Below the pieces are notes generated by a model that was not told the DNA's origin, made no database searches, and worked only from the letters and a program-made list of their open reading frames with translations. The position numbers were made by a program, and so were the translations under genes. From an uncultured Alphaproteobacteria bacterium (GTDB taxonomy: Bacteria > Pseudomonadota > Alphaproteobacteria > CAAHEQ01 > UBA3637), in assembly GCA_949282845.1 (NCBI GenBank), contig CASDQF010000034.1, positions 1 through 55,023 of the forward strand: 55,023 nt of DNA. Reading direction: 5' to 3'. This document shows, piece after piece, positions 28,245 to 39,777 of this stretch (within the stretch, counting starts at the first letter, position 1; each line of letters starts with the position of its first letter).

Positions 28245-28441
28245 AAGATGCTTTTTTATATGCTATTTTTTGTCTAAAATCAAGCAATAATTTTAAAACC
28301 GATTTGTGCTCTTTGCGAAAAAAATTATAGAACAAATAATCTTTTTCGACTTAAATCGAGGACTATGAGGACTATAATGAAAAAAATTATAACTAATCAA
28401 AAAATAAGATTGTTTGCCAATAAGTTGACTTGATACAAAGT

Positions 28442-28469
28442 AAAGGAGAACACCTTCCCTTTCTCCTTT
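28442..28469. terminator. Hairpin after the NMO-family gene
   Basis: AAAGGAGAA/TTCTCCTTT inverted repeat. Confidence 0.5.
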
Positions 28470-28474
28470 GCTTT

Positions 28475-30031
28475 TTATTTCCCGGCCAACAAAGCGTCGA
28501 TTAATTCTTTAACTGTTGGTACATAATTATTACGATACATAGGATCTTGTCCAAATCGAAAAGCACTATGCCCAGCGAACATCAAATTATTTTCGACATC
28601 ATCACCATGAGCAACATCCATTAATGTACGCGTAATGCAAAATGAGCGCGGATCGGGTAAACGAGATGTATGACCATCCATTTGGCTCCATCCGGAAAAA
28701 GCACACTGAGATAAGCATCCGACACACTCTGCTCTGGTTGTTTTAATTCTTTTTTCTGCTTCTTTTGTAATAAAAATTAAAGAAGAATCCGGTGTTCGCA
28801 TCGGAATATTGCGTTCGGAAGCCATATAAGCCTGCGCACGTTTCAAATCATGAGCCGTCAAATAAACCGTATGCGCAGAAGAGACCTTAAAAGGCTTCAC
28901 AAAAATAGTTTCCGGTTTATCTTTATATGGCATTTCAGTGTCTTTTTGTGCAATCAACTCTTGCATAAAACGTGTTCGAACGGCTGATGAATAAAATCCT
29001 GTCGGAGAAAACTGCTGCAAAACAACATCTCCGGGTTTTAAACTCATCAATTTTTCTTGCCATGTTCGAACTATCGGACTTTCTTGTGTCAATAACGGAC
29101 GTGTTCCCAACTGAAAAGCTAATGGACCGATGTCTGGATTATCAATATAATCATCGAATTCAGATAAATTCCAAACCCCTCCTGCCATGATAATAGGAAC
29201 AGATTGAAGTCCAAACTCATTCATTTGACGACGCAAAGCCACTAACCGTTCATAAGGTCTTTCCGGCTTTTCGGGGTTTTCACTATTAGACAAACCATTA
29301 TGTCCGCCAGCCAACCATGGATCCTCATAAACAACGCCGCCTAAAAACTCTTTACAGTTTTTATAAGAACGAAGCCACAAAGCTCTAAACGCACGAGCAC
29401 TGGAGACAATCGGATAGTAAAAAATTTCATGTTTAGAAGCAATTTCTGCCAACCGATAAGGCATTCCGGCGCCACAGGTAATTCCATGAATAAAATTTTT
29501 AGCCTCGTCCAAAACCCCCTCCATAACAGGAAGCGTATCTTTCATATGAGATTGGATCTTAAACCGAATCGTTCCTAAAGTTCTTTGAACCTTTTCACCC
29601 AAAACTTCGATTTTCGGTTGCAAACGATTTGAGACACGACTTTTTAAATTTTTAACGATTTCTTCACAAGAATTCATAACACCTTCAAGAATAGGAACAC
29701 TTCCCCCCATTTCCCATAAAACATTCATATGAATTCTTCCGTTTCCTCCGGAGATTTCATGGGCTAATCGAGCCTGATCTATTCCACCCTTAATTGACAT
29801 TTCAATCAACTCTTGGTGCCGCTCTTGACGTGTTTTTTTCGTATATTTCTTAGGAAGGATTTTTCCTTCTTCATCCAGTTCATCTGCAAAAACACCAGAA
29901 ATCGTCCCGACGGCTCCAGCCGCTGCCCAAGCGCCGCTAGAATAACCATCAGAAACTGCAATTCCCTTACCGCCTTCGATTAAAGGAATGACCTCTTTAC
30001 CAGAAATTATTAAAGGTTTTAGTGTCTTCAT
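28475..30031 (-). CDS. Nitronate monooxygenase-family flavin oxidoreductase
   Basis: PLIEGGKG, CGAGMPY, YEDPWLAGGHNGLS, AGGVW, FQLGTR, CVGCLSQC. Confidence 0.85.
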   Translation of the reverse strand: MKTLKPLIISGKEVIPLIEGGKGIAVSDGYSSGAWAAAGAVGTISGVFADELDEEGKILPKKYTKKTRQERHQELIEMSIKGGIDQARLAHEISGGNGRIHMNVLWEMGGSVPILEGVMNSCEEIVKNLKSRVSNRLQPKIEVLGEKVQRTLGTIRFKIQSHMKDTLPVMEGVLDEAKNFIHGITCGAGMPYRLAEIASKHEIFYYPIVSSARAFRALWLRSYKNCKEFLGGVVYEDPWLAGGHNGLSNSENPEKPERPYERLVALRRQMNEFGLQSVPIIMAGGVWNLSEFDDYIDNPDIGPLAFQLGTRPLLTQESPIVRTWQEKLMSLKPGDVVLQQFSPTGFYSSAVRTRFMQELIAQKDTEMPYKDKPETIFVKPFKVSSAHTVYLTAHDLKRAQAYMASERNIPMRTPDSSLIFITKEAEKRIKTTRAECVGCLSQCAFSGWSQMDGHTSRLPDPRSFCITRTLMDVAHGDDVENNLMFAGHSAFRFGQDPMYRNNYVPTVKELIDALLAGK

Positions 30032-30156
30032 TTTAACTCTCTTTCATAAAAGACTAGGATACACATTTTTGATGAAAAAACAAGAAAGAATCTTTTTTAT
30101 TCTCTGAATAATCAAGAATAAAAATAAAATATCTTAAATATCTTATTTTAAATATG

Positions 30157-30184
30157 AAAAAGCCTCTTTTAAAAGAGGCTTTTT
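30157..30184 (-). terminator. pnp terminator
   Basis: AAAAAGCCTCTTTTAAAAGAGGCTTTTT palindrome just after the pnp stop. Confidence 0.75.
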
Positions 30185-30197
30185 ATTATCAACATCA

Positions 30198-32360
30198 TTA
30201 CCCTTCCACTGTCGGCTCAGGCTTTTCTTCCGAGAGCTCTTCTTGTTTTATTTCTAAATCCTCTCCCGTCTCCTGATTGACTCGTTTCATAGATAATTTG
30301 ACTTTCCCTCGGTTATCCATGCCGAGACATTTGACTTTAACCATATCTCCTTCATGAACAACATCCGTCACTTTTTCCACACGTTTTGGCGCTAACTCGG
30401 AAATATGAACTAAACCGTCGCGAGCTCCCAAGAAGTTCACGAAAGCACCAAAATCCATAATCTTGACAACTTTACCATCATAAATTTGCCCGATTTCCGG
30501 CTCGCAAACAATTCCCTTAATCCAATTTAACGCTGCCTCTCCGGCTTTTGCGTCTGTTGATGCGATTTTAACAATTCCGTCATCATCAATATCAACCTTA
30601 GCACCTGTTGTCTCAACGATTTCACGAATAACTTTGCCACCGGTACCAATCACATCACGAATTTTATCCTTATCAATTTGAATGGTCGTAATACGAGGTG
30701 CATTTGGTGAAACTGTTTCACGAGGAGCTGCTAAAGCTTCTGCCATCTTTCCAAGGATATGCAAACGTCCTTCATGAGCTTGCTGCAAAGCAATTCCCAT
30801 AATTTCTTTTGTAATGGATGTAATCTTAATATCCATTTGCAAAGCCGTCACACCATCTTTTGTTCCGGCGACTTTAAAATCCATATCGCCCAAATGATCT
30901 TCATCACCCATAATGTCTGTTAAAACAGCAAAATCATCACCTTCCTTGATTAAACCCATAGCAATACCAGCAACAGGCTTTTTCATCGGAACACCGGCAT
31001 CCATCAACGATAAACAAGAACCACATACCGTTGCCATAGAAGAAGAACCATTGGATTCCATAATCTCAGAAACAACGCGAATTGTATATGGAAATTCTTC
31101 AGTCGTCGGTAACATCGGATGAATGGCTCGCCAAGCAAGCTTACCATGACCAATTTCACGACGTCCCGGAGAACCGACACGTCCGACTTCTCCGACAGAA
31201 TAAGGAGGGAAATTATAATGCAGCATAAATGTCTGTTTCCACTCCCCTGTTAAATCATCGACGATTTGTTCATCTTCGCCTGTTCCCAAAGTTGCAATAA
31301 CCAAAGCTTGTGTTTCCCCTCGAGTAAACAAAGCTGAACCATGAGCTTTTGGTAAAACACCAACCTCTGCTTCAATCGGACGAACAGTCTTTGTGTCACG
31401 ACCATCAATTCGAATGCCTGTCTTCAAAATATCTTGACGAACAACCTGTGCTTCCAAATCATGAAAAATAGGCTCAACTAATGGTAAAGCTGCCTCATTT
31501 TCAGCAAATAAAGCTAATGCTTTTTCCTTGACTTCACCAATCGCATTTTGTCTATCAAGCTTTTGATGAATTTTATAAGCAGCCTTCAACTCCTCTAAAA
31601 TTTCTTTTTCCAAAGTTGTCTTAACTAAATCATATTCTGCCGGCTTTTCTTTTAATTCCCAAGGATCTTTTGCACATTCTTCTGCCAGAGCGATAATAGC
31701 ATCTATCACAGGTTGGAAACTCTTATGCCCAAAATCAACAGCCCCTAACATCACATCTTCTGACAGCTCTTTAGCTTCAGACTCAACCATTAAAACACCT
31801 TGTTTTGTCCCTGCGACAACCAGGTCTAATTCTGATTTTTTAACCTCAGAAATAGTGGGGTTCAAAACATATTGTCCATTCATATAACCGATACGAGCTG
31901 CACCGATTGGTCCCAAGAATGGAAGCCCTGAAATTGTTAAAGCAGCTGAGGCAGCAATCATCGCGACAATATCAGGATTGTTTTGCAAATCATGGCTCAA
32001 CAAAGTACATGTCACTTGCGTTTCATTATTAAAACCTTTGGCAAACAACGGACGTATTGGACGATCAATCAAACGAGAAATTAAAATTTCACCTTCAGAA
32101 GGCTTACCTTCTCTTTTGAAAAAGCCGCCCGGAATTTTTCCTGCCGCATAAGCTTTTTCAATATAATTAACTGTTAATGGAATAAAATCTTCGTATGTTT
32201 CAGGCGCCGTTCTCGCAGCACAAACCGCACAATGCACAATTGTCTCGCCATACGTAACGAGCACAGATCCATCCGCTTGTTTCCCTATCTTACCTGTTTC
32301 GATAACAAGCTTACGGCCACCCCATTCAATTTCTTTTCGATAAGTTTTAAATAAAGACAT
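30198..32360 (-). CDS. pnp: Polyribonucleotide nucleotidyltransferase
   Basis: [41 protein letters not shown] and S1 domains. Confidence 0.98.
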   Translation of the reverse strand: MSLFKTYRKEIEWGGRKLVIETGKIGKQADGSVLVTYGETIVHCAVCAARTAPETYEDFIPLTVNYIEKAYAAGKIPGGFFKREGKPSEGEILISRLIDRPIRPLFAKGFNNETQVTCTLLSHDLQNNPDIVAMIAASAALTISGLPFLGPIGAARIGYMNGQYVLNPTISEVKKSELDLVVAGTKQGVLMVESEAKELSEDVMLGAVDFGHKSFQPVIDAIIALAEECAKDPWELKEKPAEYDLVKTTLEKEILEELKAAYKIHQKLDRQNAIGEVKEKALALFAENEAALPLVEPIFHDLEAQVVRQDILKTGIRIDGRDTKTVRPIEAEVGVLPKAHGSALFTRGETQALVIATLGTGEDEQIVDDLTGEWKQTFMLHYNFPPYSVGEVGRVGSPGRREIGHGKLAWRAIHPMLPTTEEFPYTIRVVSEIMESNGSSSMATVCGSCLSLMDAGVPMKKPVAGIAMGLIKEGDDFAVLTDIMGDEDHLGDMDFKVAGTKDGVTALQMDIKITSITKEIMGIALQQAHEGRLHILGKMAEALAAPRETVSPNAPRITTIQIDKDKIRDVIGTGGKVIREIVETTGAKVDIDDDGIVKIASTDAKAGEAALNWIKGIVCEPEIGQIYDGKVVKIMDFGAFVNFLGARDGLVHISELAPKRVEKVTDVVHEGDMVKVKCLGMDNRGKVKLSMKRVNQETGEDLEIKQEELSEEKPEPTVEG

Positions 32361-32418
32361 ATATCTATTTACCTTTCATACCTACATACATCTATCGCCT
32401 CGGCCCATCCGAAGCGAT

Positions 32419-32447
32419 AAAAAGGGGCATGACCTTCACGCCCCTTT
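32419..32447 (-). terminator. rpsO terminator
   Basis: AAAGGGGC/GCCCCTTT stem with T-run on the minus strand. Confidence 0.7.
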
Positions 32448-32456
32448 AACTTTGGA

Positions 32457-32726
32457 TTACTTACGCAATCCCAAACGTTTAATCAGTGTTTCATAACGTT
32501 GCTGATTTTGTTTTTTAACATAATCTAACAAACGACGACGCTGACCGACCATAATCAAGAGCCCACGACGAGAAATAAAATCTTTTTTGTGGTCTTTCAT
32601 ATGTTCTGTTAAATTTTTAATCCGTTCTGTCAAAATAGCGACTTGAACTTCCGGAGAACCTGTATCTCCTTCTTTTGTAGCATACTCTTTAATGAGCTCT
32701 GCTTTTCTTTCACTTGTAATCGACAT
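32457..32726 (-). CDS. rpsO: 30S ribosomal protein S15
   Basis: [22 protein letters not shown]. 89 aa from MSITSERK after AGGAG. Confidence 0.97.
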   Translation of the reverse strand: MSITSERKAELIKEYATKEGDTGSPEVQVAILTERIKNLTEHMKDHKKDFISRRGLLIMVGQRRRLLDYVKKQNQQRYETLIKRLGLRK

Positions 32727-33636
32727 CGTTTTCTCCTTTGAAAACTTTGCTGGGACGGAACAATCCGCCTTCAGCATATCCAAACGCAATGAGCTGACCG
32801 TTATACATTGCCTTTAAAAAATCGCCTTCTTTAAAAGATGTTCCCGGCGAAAGAGATATACTCCTTCCGTGGCTCAAAGCTCGAGCCTCATTCTCCGAAA
32901 CGGCCAGTTCCAAGATGTCGGTCAGGACGGCTTCAAGGGGAATAAGAACCTCTCGAGGGTTTTCACTATACGCGATTTTTTCTATTTTGTCCAGTGAAAT
33001 CGCATCAGCCAATGTAAAAGGACCACTTTGCGTGCGACGAAGTGCTGTAATAAAACCGCAAGAACCACACTTTTTGGCAATATCTCGCCCTAATGAGCGA
33101 ACATATGTCCCTTTACCACAAACAACCTCCAGAACAGCTTTATTCTGAGATGGCATAGTTTGTAAAGAAAGACTTTCAATGTGAACCTTACGAGGAGGTA
33201 ATTCTACTTTTTCCCCCTTTCGAACTCGATCATAAGCGCGCTTTCCTGCTACTTTCAAAGCACTATATGCCGGAGGAACCTGAAAAATATCCCCCACAAA
33301 CTCAGGTAATACCTCTTCTATTTGTGCTTGAGAAGGCAACCTGTCAGAAACTTCAACAACTTCACCTTCCGCATCATCCGTTGTTGTCGATTGACCAAAT
33401 TGTATCTCAAAAATATATTTTTTGACCCCATTCATAACAAAAGGAACCGTTCGAGTTGCCTTACCAAACGCAATCGGTAAAACACCTGTTGCCAAAGGAT
33501 CCAAAGTACCGGCATGCCCTATTTTCATCGGATGGAAAAAACGCTTTAATCGACTGACAACATTAGTTGACCCCATCCCATATGGCTTATCAACAACCAG
33601 CCAACCACTTAAATCATTTATGTTTCGAAGTATCAT
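32710..33636 (-). CDS. truB: tRNA pseudouridine(55) synthase
   Basis: [31 protein letters not shown]. Confidence 0.96.
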   Translation of the reverse strand: MILRNINDLSGWLVVDKPYGMGSTNVVSRLKRFFHPMKIGHAGTLDPLATGVLPIAFGKATRTVPFVMNGVKKYIFEIQFGQSTTTDDAEGEVVEVSDRLPSQAQIEEVLPEFVGDIFQVPPAYSALKVAGKRAYDRVRKGEKVELPPRKVHIESLSLQTMPSQNKAVLEVVCGKGTYVRSLGRDIAKKCGSCGFITALRRTQSGPFTLADAISLDKIEKIAYSENPREVLIPLEAVLTDILELAVSENEARALSHGRSISLSPGTSFKEGDFLKAMYNGQLIAFGYAEGGLFRPSKVFKGENDVDYK

Positions 33637-34552
33637 GCGTTATTTTCCTCAAAGCGTCAAAAAAAGTTGTAACCTCCTCATAAATAACTGGCAGATCTTC
33701 GGATAAAAGATAAGTTTCTTCAAACGTATTTGAATCCCGTCCACCAATCAGAAAAATAAAAGAATATCCGTTTTTTTCCTTCTTTTTTTCAGGTTCAAAA
33801 TCAAAAGAATAAGGATAAAGCCATTTTCCTGTTCCTGTTTTCAGAAAAGCTAAAACCTGTTCTTCCAACTGAAGTTGTCTTTGACAAAATTTCTGTTCAT
33901 CCAAATTAATAGAAAAAACAAGAGATGTCTTTTTCTTAATGGAACAAACATATATTTGAAAATAGATGTTCTCCAATTCTTTCTCTAAAACGGGTGTTTG
34001 CCGATGTAAAGAACTGACCTGATGCAAAAGAGGATGAGAAGGCGAAGATAAACCCAACAATTTAACGACCCGATAAATCGGCAATTTTTTAATAAATCGC
34101 AAACTATCTTTATCTATCCCGGGATAATTAATCAATGCGACCCAAAAACCGACACCACCAAACCCAATAACAATACTAGCCTCAAATGAAATTACCCCGA
34201 CAAGACAAATGACAAAAAACCATAATACAAAAAATAAAACCAGTTTTGCAAACCCATCTTTTGCATAAACCTGACGAGGGTTTTTTCTTTTTTTTATCCT
34301 TTGTATATAAGCAGAAAACAAAAGAAGAAAGAAAAAGAAAGCAGTGCTTATACCCTCTACCATATCAGAGGAGATCTCATCTTCTGTAAAGAAAAGGAAA
34401 AAAGAAAATCCAAAAAAAACAATCATAACCAAAGCGATTAAAATGTTTTTAAGGTTTTCAATAAAATAATGAATTTTTCTCTTGGGCGGTTTGACTGCAG
34501 GAGGCTTTAATGTCATAGCCTGTTGAATAAATGTTTCTTTATTGATTATCAT
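33614..34552 (-). CDS. Hypothetical membrane protein (about 4 TM)
   Basis: Phe-rich hydrophobic segments; AGGAG RBS. Confidence 0.7.
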   Translation of the reverse strand: MIINKETFIQQAMTLKPPAVKPPKRKIHYFIENLKNILIALVMIVFFGFSFFLFFTEDEISSDMVEGISTAFFFFLLLFSAYIQRIKKRKNPRQVYAKDGFAKLVLFFVLWFFVICLVGVISFEASIVIGFGGVGFWVALINYPGIDKDSLRFIKKLPIYRVVKLLGLSSPSHPLLHQVSSLHRQTPVLEKELENIYFQIYVCSIKKKTSLVFSINLDEQKFCQRQLQLEEQVLAFLKTGTGKWLYPYSFDFEPEKKKEKNGYSFIFLIGGRDSNTFEETYLLSEDLPVIYEEVTTFFDALRKITHDTSKHK

Positions 34553-34561
34553 AAATTCTCC

Positions 34562-34993
34562 TTAAATATGAACGAGTTGAGGTAAAGTGCATTTATTTCG
34601 AAATACTATTTTGGGCTGAGTTTGATAAGAACGAATAATACCGGCGAATATATAAGCCATTTGCCGCTCCATATCCGTCACAGGACATCCCATTTTTTGA
34701 ACAGAAGTTTCTTTTTTCAACTCTTTAAAACTTTTTTGAAAAGCTTCTTCCTTTTCAAATAAATCTTTTAAAACGTATAAAAAGCGAACTCGACGTTGAT
34801 ATACAATTGAAAACGCATCTGAGATGACACCCTTAGAGACATAAGATCCCAAAAAATATGTTTGAATTGCCTGAACTAAATCACGACCATAGCCAGGTTC
34901 ATCACGCATGCGATGTAATATAAATGAAGCTTCTGGTATCAATGCTTCCTGATTTTTTTTCATAAAATCAAATAATTGTTCAATCTTATACAT
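34562..34993 (-). CDS. Hypothetical protein
   Basis: 143-aa ORF overlapping the upstream stop codon. Confidence 0.6.
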   Translation of the reverse strand: MYKIEQLFDFMKKNQEALIPEASFILHRMRDEPGYGRDLVQAIQTYFLGSYVSKGVISDAFSIVYQRRVRFLYVLKDLFEKEEAFQKSFKELKKETSVQKMGCPVTDMERQMAYIFAGIIRSYQTQPKIVFRNKCTLPQLVHI

Positions 34994-36872
34994 TTTTTTT
35001 ATTTTCTTTTAGCTTTTTTAAAGCAAGTGTTTTACAAAGAGTATTTCTTTTCTTACAAAGAGTATTTCTTTTCTTACAAAGAGTATTTTTTTTCTTTTTT
35101 CCTCTGAAGAATTCTAATTCTTCTTTATACAACCCATAAAAATATCCCCGCTGAGCGATTAAATCTTGCGGAGTCCCGTCTTCGATAATCTTTCCGTTAG
35201 AAAGTAAAACAGCTCGATCCGCTTTTGCAATTTCTGCCGGATTATGAGAAATTAAAATCAATGTTTTATCCTCACCAAAAGCCAAAATTGTATCTAAAAC
35301 AGTTCGTGCAGTATATCTGTCAAGTGCCGACGTCGGTTCATCCATCAGCACAATCGGACTCTCTTTCAAAAAAGCCTGTGCAATCGCCAAACGCTGTTGT
35401 TGGCCTCCGGACAGCATATTAGGTAGAGCATCATATCCTGCAGCCAAAGACATTATTTCTTCATGTAAACCAGCTTTTTTCATACAATCTTCCATTTCTG
35501 CCCACGATGCATCAGGTTTAACCAAACGCAGGTTTTCCCGAATAGAGCGTTTCAAAAAATCAGGTTTTTGCTCAACATAAGAAATTTGCCGATTTAAATC
35601 TTCCAATTGCAGCTCTCGAATATCAGTTCCATCAATTTTAATCTGCCCATTCGTAATTTCCATTTCATGTTTCAGCAAATTAATCAAAGTCGTTTTACCA
35701 GACCCCGTTTTACCAATAATAACCAATCGTTCTCCTTTATGAATCTGCAAATTCAAACCATTCAATAAAGGTTTTTCTTGTCCAGGATAACAAAAAGAAA
35801 CATTTTCAAAAGAGATATTTCCCGAACAATGCTCCAATGTTTTCGTTCCGCTTAACGGTTCTAAAGATTTATCATATTCCAACTCTTTCATACTCTGTCG
35901 GTATGACAAATAATTTTCCTGCGCAGTTGAATAGTCATTAGCAGCGGCTGAACCACCGTAAAGAACATGATAAGCACTACCCGTCACCAAAAAATAGGCT
36001 CCAAGATCGCCCGTTTTCATAGCCGTATAAATTGCTGGCAAAGTAATTGCCAGAGAACCGATCAAATCGACAATTTTCATTAAAGCTTCTAATTTCAAAC
36101 GCTTTTTCTGCACTTTTTCGATTTTTTGTTGAGCATTTTGATTCAATAAAGTTATTGCTTCCATCTCGGCCTTTTCTTTATTATGAGTTCGAACAAAAGC
36201 AGCTTTTTCTAAAACATCACGTATTCTGGCAGAATTTTTACCCAATTTTTGGGCCACTGTTTGAAAAGATTTTTCAAATCGTTTATTCATTTGATGAAAC
36301 ATTCCAATCTTAATCGCTGTCACTCCTATTAAACTAAGGGCGATAACAGGAGATGCCGCCAATAAAATAGTACTGGAAATTGCAAATGAGCCAAAGTTAA
36401 TAAGTGCTCGAGAAGCCGTCTCTAAAACAGATTGTCCACGCCGAGAAGCTCTCATTAAAACTTCCGCCAAATAAGGAGCTGTTTTTTCTTTTTGAGCTAA
36501 TCGTGGCATTTTAAATACCTGATGCATATTTTTTTCAATCACTTTATTACCAAAACGTGTCTTAACCCAATTGATCATAATAAAAGATAAACGATTGACA
36601 AAGTTGCTGCTAACTTCCAGCACACCATAACCTATAGCTAATGTCACCGCCGCCGCCGTGATTGTTCCAGTAGAAATGACACCCGCAGCTGCATTTGTCA
36701 AAAATTGCAAAAAAACAGGTTGAAAACTGGATAAAGCAGAAAGACCAACCAATGTTGCTACAGTATAAAAGCTATTCTTTTTATTCTCACGAACAGTTTC
36801 TGATAAAAAAGAAAATAAATCTTGTATATCTTTATTTTTTTTTACTAGCATTGATAAATGTTGTTTCAGCAT
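34986..36872 (-). CDS. ABC exporter, fused TMD-NBD half transporter
   Basis: GKTGSGKT, LSGGQQQR, IVLMDEPTS, ISH; N-terminal TM helices. Confidence 0.9.
   Translation of the reverse strand: MLKQHLSMLVKKNKDIQDLFSFLSETVRENKKNSFYTVATLVGLSALSSFQPVFLQFLTNAAAGVISTGTITAAAVTLAIGYGVLEVSSNFVNRLSFIMINWVKTRFGNKVIEKNMHQVFKMPRLAQKEKTAPYLAEVLMRASRRGQSVLETASRALINFGSFAISSTILLAASPVIALSLIGVTAIKIGMFHQMNKRFEKSFQTVAQKLGKNSARIRDVLEKAAFVRTHNKEKAEMEAITLLNQNAQQKIEKVQKKRLKLEALMKIVDLIGSLAITLPAIYTAMKTGDLGAYFLVTGSAYHVLYGGSAAANDYSTAQENYLSYRQSMKELEYDKSLEPLSGTKTLEHCSGNISFENVSFCYPGQEKPLLNGLNLQIHKGERLVIIGKTGSGKTTLINLLKHEMEITNGQIKIDGTDIRELQLEDLNRQISYVEQKPDFLKRSIRENLRLVKPDASWAEMEDCMKKAGLHEEIMSLAAGYDALPNMLSGGQQQRLAIAQAFLKESPIVLMDEPTSALDRYTARTVLDTILAFGEDKTLILISHNPAEIAKADRAVLLSNGKIIEDGTPQDLIAQRGYFYGLYKEELEFFRGKKKKNTLCKKRNTLCKKRNTLCKTLALKKLKENKKNV
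35032..35088. repeat. 21-bp tandem repeat (about 2.7 copies)
   Basis: TTACAAAGAGTATTTCTTTTC twice plus a partial copy; encodes the repeated NTLCK/KKRNTLC units. Confidence 0.9.
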
Positions 36873-36934
36873 TTTCTTATCCTCATTGACTGAGGAAATT
36901 GTATCATAAAATATGGTATTTTTCTATAAAAAAA

Positions 36935-37327
36935 TCAGTCTTCCTTATTAATATCCGCCTTAACTTTAGGATCATTCAACAATGTTTCAATTTTAACGGC
37001 TTCATCAAAAGAATTATCCTCTCTAAAGCGAATATCTGGTGTAATACGCAAACGTATTTTCTGTCCAACGGCTTTACGAAAAATACCTTTATTTCGATTT
37101 AATGCGTCAATAACCGTCTGAACCGGCTGCCCGCCAATGGAGTGAACATAAGCTGTTGCCCAAGAAAAATCCGGACTCATTTTTACTTCAGTAATCATGA
37201 CCAAAGCACCATTTAAATCTCCGTCATACAAGTCTTGTTTCAGTAAAACGTCTGATAAAACATGGCGAACTTCTTCACCAACTCGCAACTGCCGCTCTGT
37301 CGGCATTTTTGGTTCATTTTTGACCAT
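36935..37327 (-). CDS. rbfA: Ribosome-binding factor A
   Basis: RQLRVGEEVR, ITEVKMSPD, LRITPDIRF; follows infB. Confidence 0.95.
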   Translation of the reverse strand: MVKNEPKMPTERQLRVGEEVRHVLSDVLLKQDLYDGDLNGALVMITEVKMSPDFSWATAYVHSIGGQPVQTVIDALNRNKGIFRKAVGQKIRLRITPDIRFREDNSFDEAVKIETLLNDPKVKADINKED

Positions 37328-37329
37328 CT

Positions 37330-39777
37330 TTACACCCGAATATCTAAAGAAACAGCAACCTGTTCTATCTCAAAACATTCTATTGTATCACCGACTTTAA
37401 TGTCATCATAGTTCGCAAAGCTCATACCACATTCAAACCCGGATTTAACTTCTTTAACATCGTCTTTAAAGCGTTTTAACTGAGACAATTCGCCTTCATG
37501 AATGACAACATTATCTCGTAACAAACGAACTTTAGCACCACGTTTGACCAAACCTTCTGTCACCATACAACCAGCCACATTACCGACCTTCGATACATGT
37601 ATAACCTGACGAACTTCAGCATAGCCCAAGATTTTTTCTTTTTCTTCCGGCGTCAATAAGCCTTCAACTGCTTTCTTCATATCATTCGCCACATCATAAA
37701 TAATCGAATAATAACGAATGTCAACATTATCACGTTTAGCATTTTCACGTGCTTGCGGATTTGCTCGAACATTAAAACCAATAATCGTCGCATTTGATGC
37801 ACGCGCTAAAGCGACATCTGTTTCATTGATGCTACCGACTGCAGCATGTAAAACACGTATCCGAACTTCATCATTCGCAATCTTTGCCAAAGTTCCTTGT
37901 AATGCTTCCACAGACCCCTGCACATCACCTTTGACAATAACAGGGAATTCTTTTGTTTCTCCGGCTTTGATTTGTGCAAACATTTGCTCCATTGTCGAAC
38001 CGCTAGCACGTTTAACCGTCATAGCTTCACGAGCTTTCCTTTGACGATACCCGGAAATTTCACGAGCCTTTGCTTCATCTTCGACAACAGTTAATTCATC
38101 ACCAGCCGCAGGAACTCCTTGAAGCCCCACAACTTCAACCGGTGTTGCCGGTAAAGCTTCTTTTACTCGTTGTCCTTGATCATTCAACAAAGATCTGACA
38201 CGACCCCACTCCTGACCGACAACAAAAATATCTCCGATTTTCAGCGTCCCACGAGACACTAAAACCGTTGCCACCGGACCACGACCTTTTTCCATCTTGG
38301 ATTCCACGACAACTCCTTCGGCTGCACGGTTAGGATTAGCTTTTAAATCTAAAACTTCTGCTTGTAATAAAACAGCTTCAACCAACTTATCTAAGTTTGT
38401 CCGCTGTTTAGCCGATACTTCAACAGATAATACATCACCACCTAAACTTTCCACGACAACTTCATGGTTTAATAATTCCATTTTAACCTTGTCTGGATTT
38501 GCGCCCGGAACATCAATCTTGTTAATGGCAACAACGATAGGAACACCAGCAGCTTTAGCATGATTAATGGCCTCTATTGTCTGAGGCATAACACCGTCAT
38601 TTGCAGCAACAACCAAAATAACAATATCCGTAATCTTAGCACCTCTGGCACGCATCGCCGTAAAAGCTTCATGACCCGGCGTATCGATAAATGTCACTTT
38701 TTGACCAGACGGCATTGTCACTTGATAAGCACCAATATGTTGTGTAATACCACCAGCTTCACCGCTTGCCACATGCGTCGAACGAAGTGCATCCAATAGA
38801 GATGTCTTACCATGATCAACATGTCCCATAACGGTCACAACAGGAGGACGAGGCTGTTTATCTTCTTCTTTATCTTCTGCCGTTTTTAAAATATCTTCCA
38901 CATCCGATTCTGCAACACGTATCACTTTATGACCTAATTCTTCCGCGACCAACTCTGCTGTATCCGCGTCAATTGTCTGCGTAATCGTTGCCATAACACC
39001 CATATTCATAAGCGTCTTTACAACTGTCGCAGCTCGTTCCGCCATACGGTTAGCCAGCTCTTGAACCGTAATTGTTTCAGGTATCACAACATCTCGTGCA
39101 ATTTTCTCGGCAGTCTTTAACGCCTCGGCATGTTTCAGCTTCTCTTTCTCACGAGCACGACGGATAGAGGCCAAACTTCGACCACGACGTTGACCCCACC
39201 CATCATCATCGTCATCATCGCTGCCTGTATACGCAGATATATTTATTTTACCGCCTTTACGACGTTCTTCATTTACCTTAGGACGTTTAACAGGCAACGC
39301 TCTTTCTTGCTGAGTTTTCTTACGAGATTTAAAATCTTCTTCCTCATCTTCATCGTCTTCTACATATTTCTTTTTGTTTTCCTTAGCTTGTTGCTTGACC
39401 TCGTAATCGGAGGGAACCTCGGTCAATGGCTCTTGTGCATTTTCTTTTTCAGCTGTTTCAGAGACTTTTTTTGCCTGTTCTTCAGCTTCTTCCTTTAATC
39501 TACGCGCCTCCGCTTCTGCTCGTTCACGCGCACGTTGCTCTTCTACTTTCTTAGCTTCCTTCAACAATTGAATTTTATGAGCTTGCTGAGCGTCTGCCTG
39601 TGCCGCTGTCAATGGAACAGTCCCCTGTTGAATTGTCCGCTTTTTCCGAACTTCAACTTGAACCATCTTGGAAGAAGAACCAAAACCTTGACGAATATGT
39701 GAACGCTCTAAAGGCCGTTTTAACTCTAATTTGCCTCTATTCAGCGTTAAAGATGTTTTTTTCGTTTCTTCTGTCAT
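37330..39777 (-). CDS. infB: Translation initiation factor IF-2
   Basis: [26 protein letters not shown]. Confidence 0.98.
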   Translation of the reverse strand: MTEETKKTSLTLNRGKLELKRPLERSHIRQGFGSSSKMVQVEVRKKRTIQQGTVPLTAAQADAQQAHKIQLLKEAKKVEEQRARERAEAEARRLKEEAEEQAKKVSETAEKENAQEPLTEVPSDYEVKQQAKENKKKYVEDDEDEEEDFKSRKKTQQERALPVKRPKVNEERRKGGKINISAYTGSDDDDDDGWGQRRGRSLASIRRAREKEKLKHAEALKTAEKIARDVVIPETITVQELANRMAERAATVVKTLMNMGVMATITQTIDADTAELVAEELGHKVIRVAESDVEDILKTAEDKEEDKQPRPPVVTVMGHVDHGKTSLLDALRSTHVASGEAGGITQHIGAYQVTMPSGQKVTFIDTPGHEAFTAMRARGAKITDIVILVVAANDGVMPQTIEAINHAKAAGVPIVVAINKIDVPGANPDKVKMELLNHEVVVESLGGDVLSVEVSAKQRTNLDKLVEAVLLQAEVLDLKANPNRAAEGVVVESKMEKGRGPVATVLVSRGTLKIGDIFVVGQEWGRVRSLLNDQGQRVKEALPATPVEVVGLQGVPAAGDELTVVEDEAKAREISGYRQRKAREAMTVKRASGSTMEQMFAQIKAGETKEFPVIVKGDVQGSVEALQGTLAKIANDEVRIRVLHAAVGSINETDVALARASNATIIGFNVRANPQARENAKRDNVDIRYYSIIYDVANDMKKAVEGLLTPEEKEKILGYAEVRQVIHVSKVGNVAGCMVTEGLVKRGAKVRLLRDNVVIHEGELSQLKRFKDDVKEVKSGFECGMSFANYDDIKVGDTIECFEIEQVAVSLDIRV

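Noticed and set aside
32727-32789. N-terminal extension of S15 in the ORF track
   Set aside because: The real start is MSITS, with an RBS and standard 89-aa length.
35032-35088. CRISPR array
   Set aside because: Head-to-tail repeats without spacers, inside a CDS, and no cas genes.
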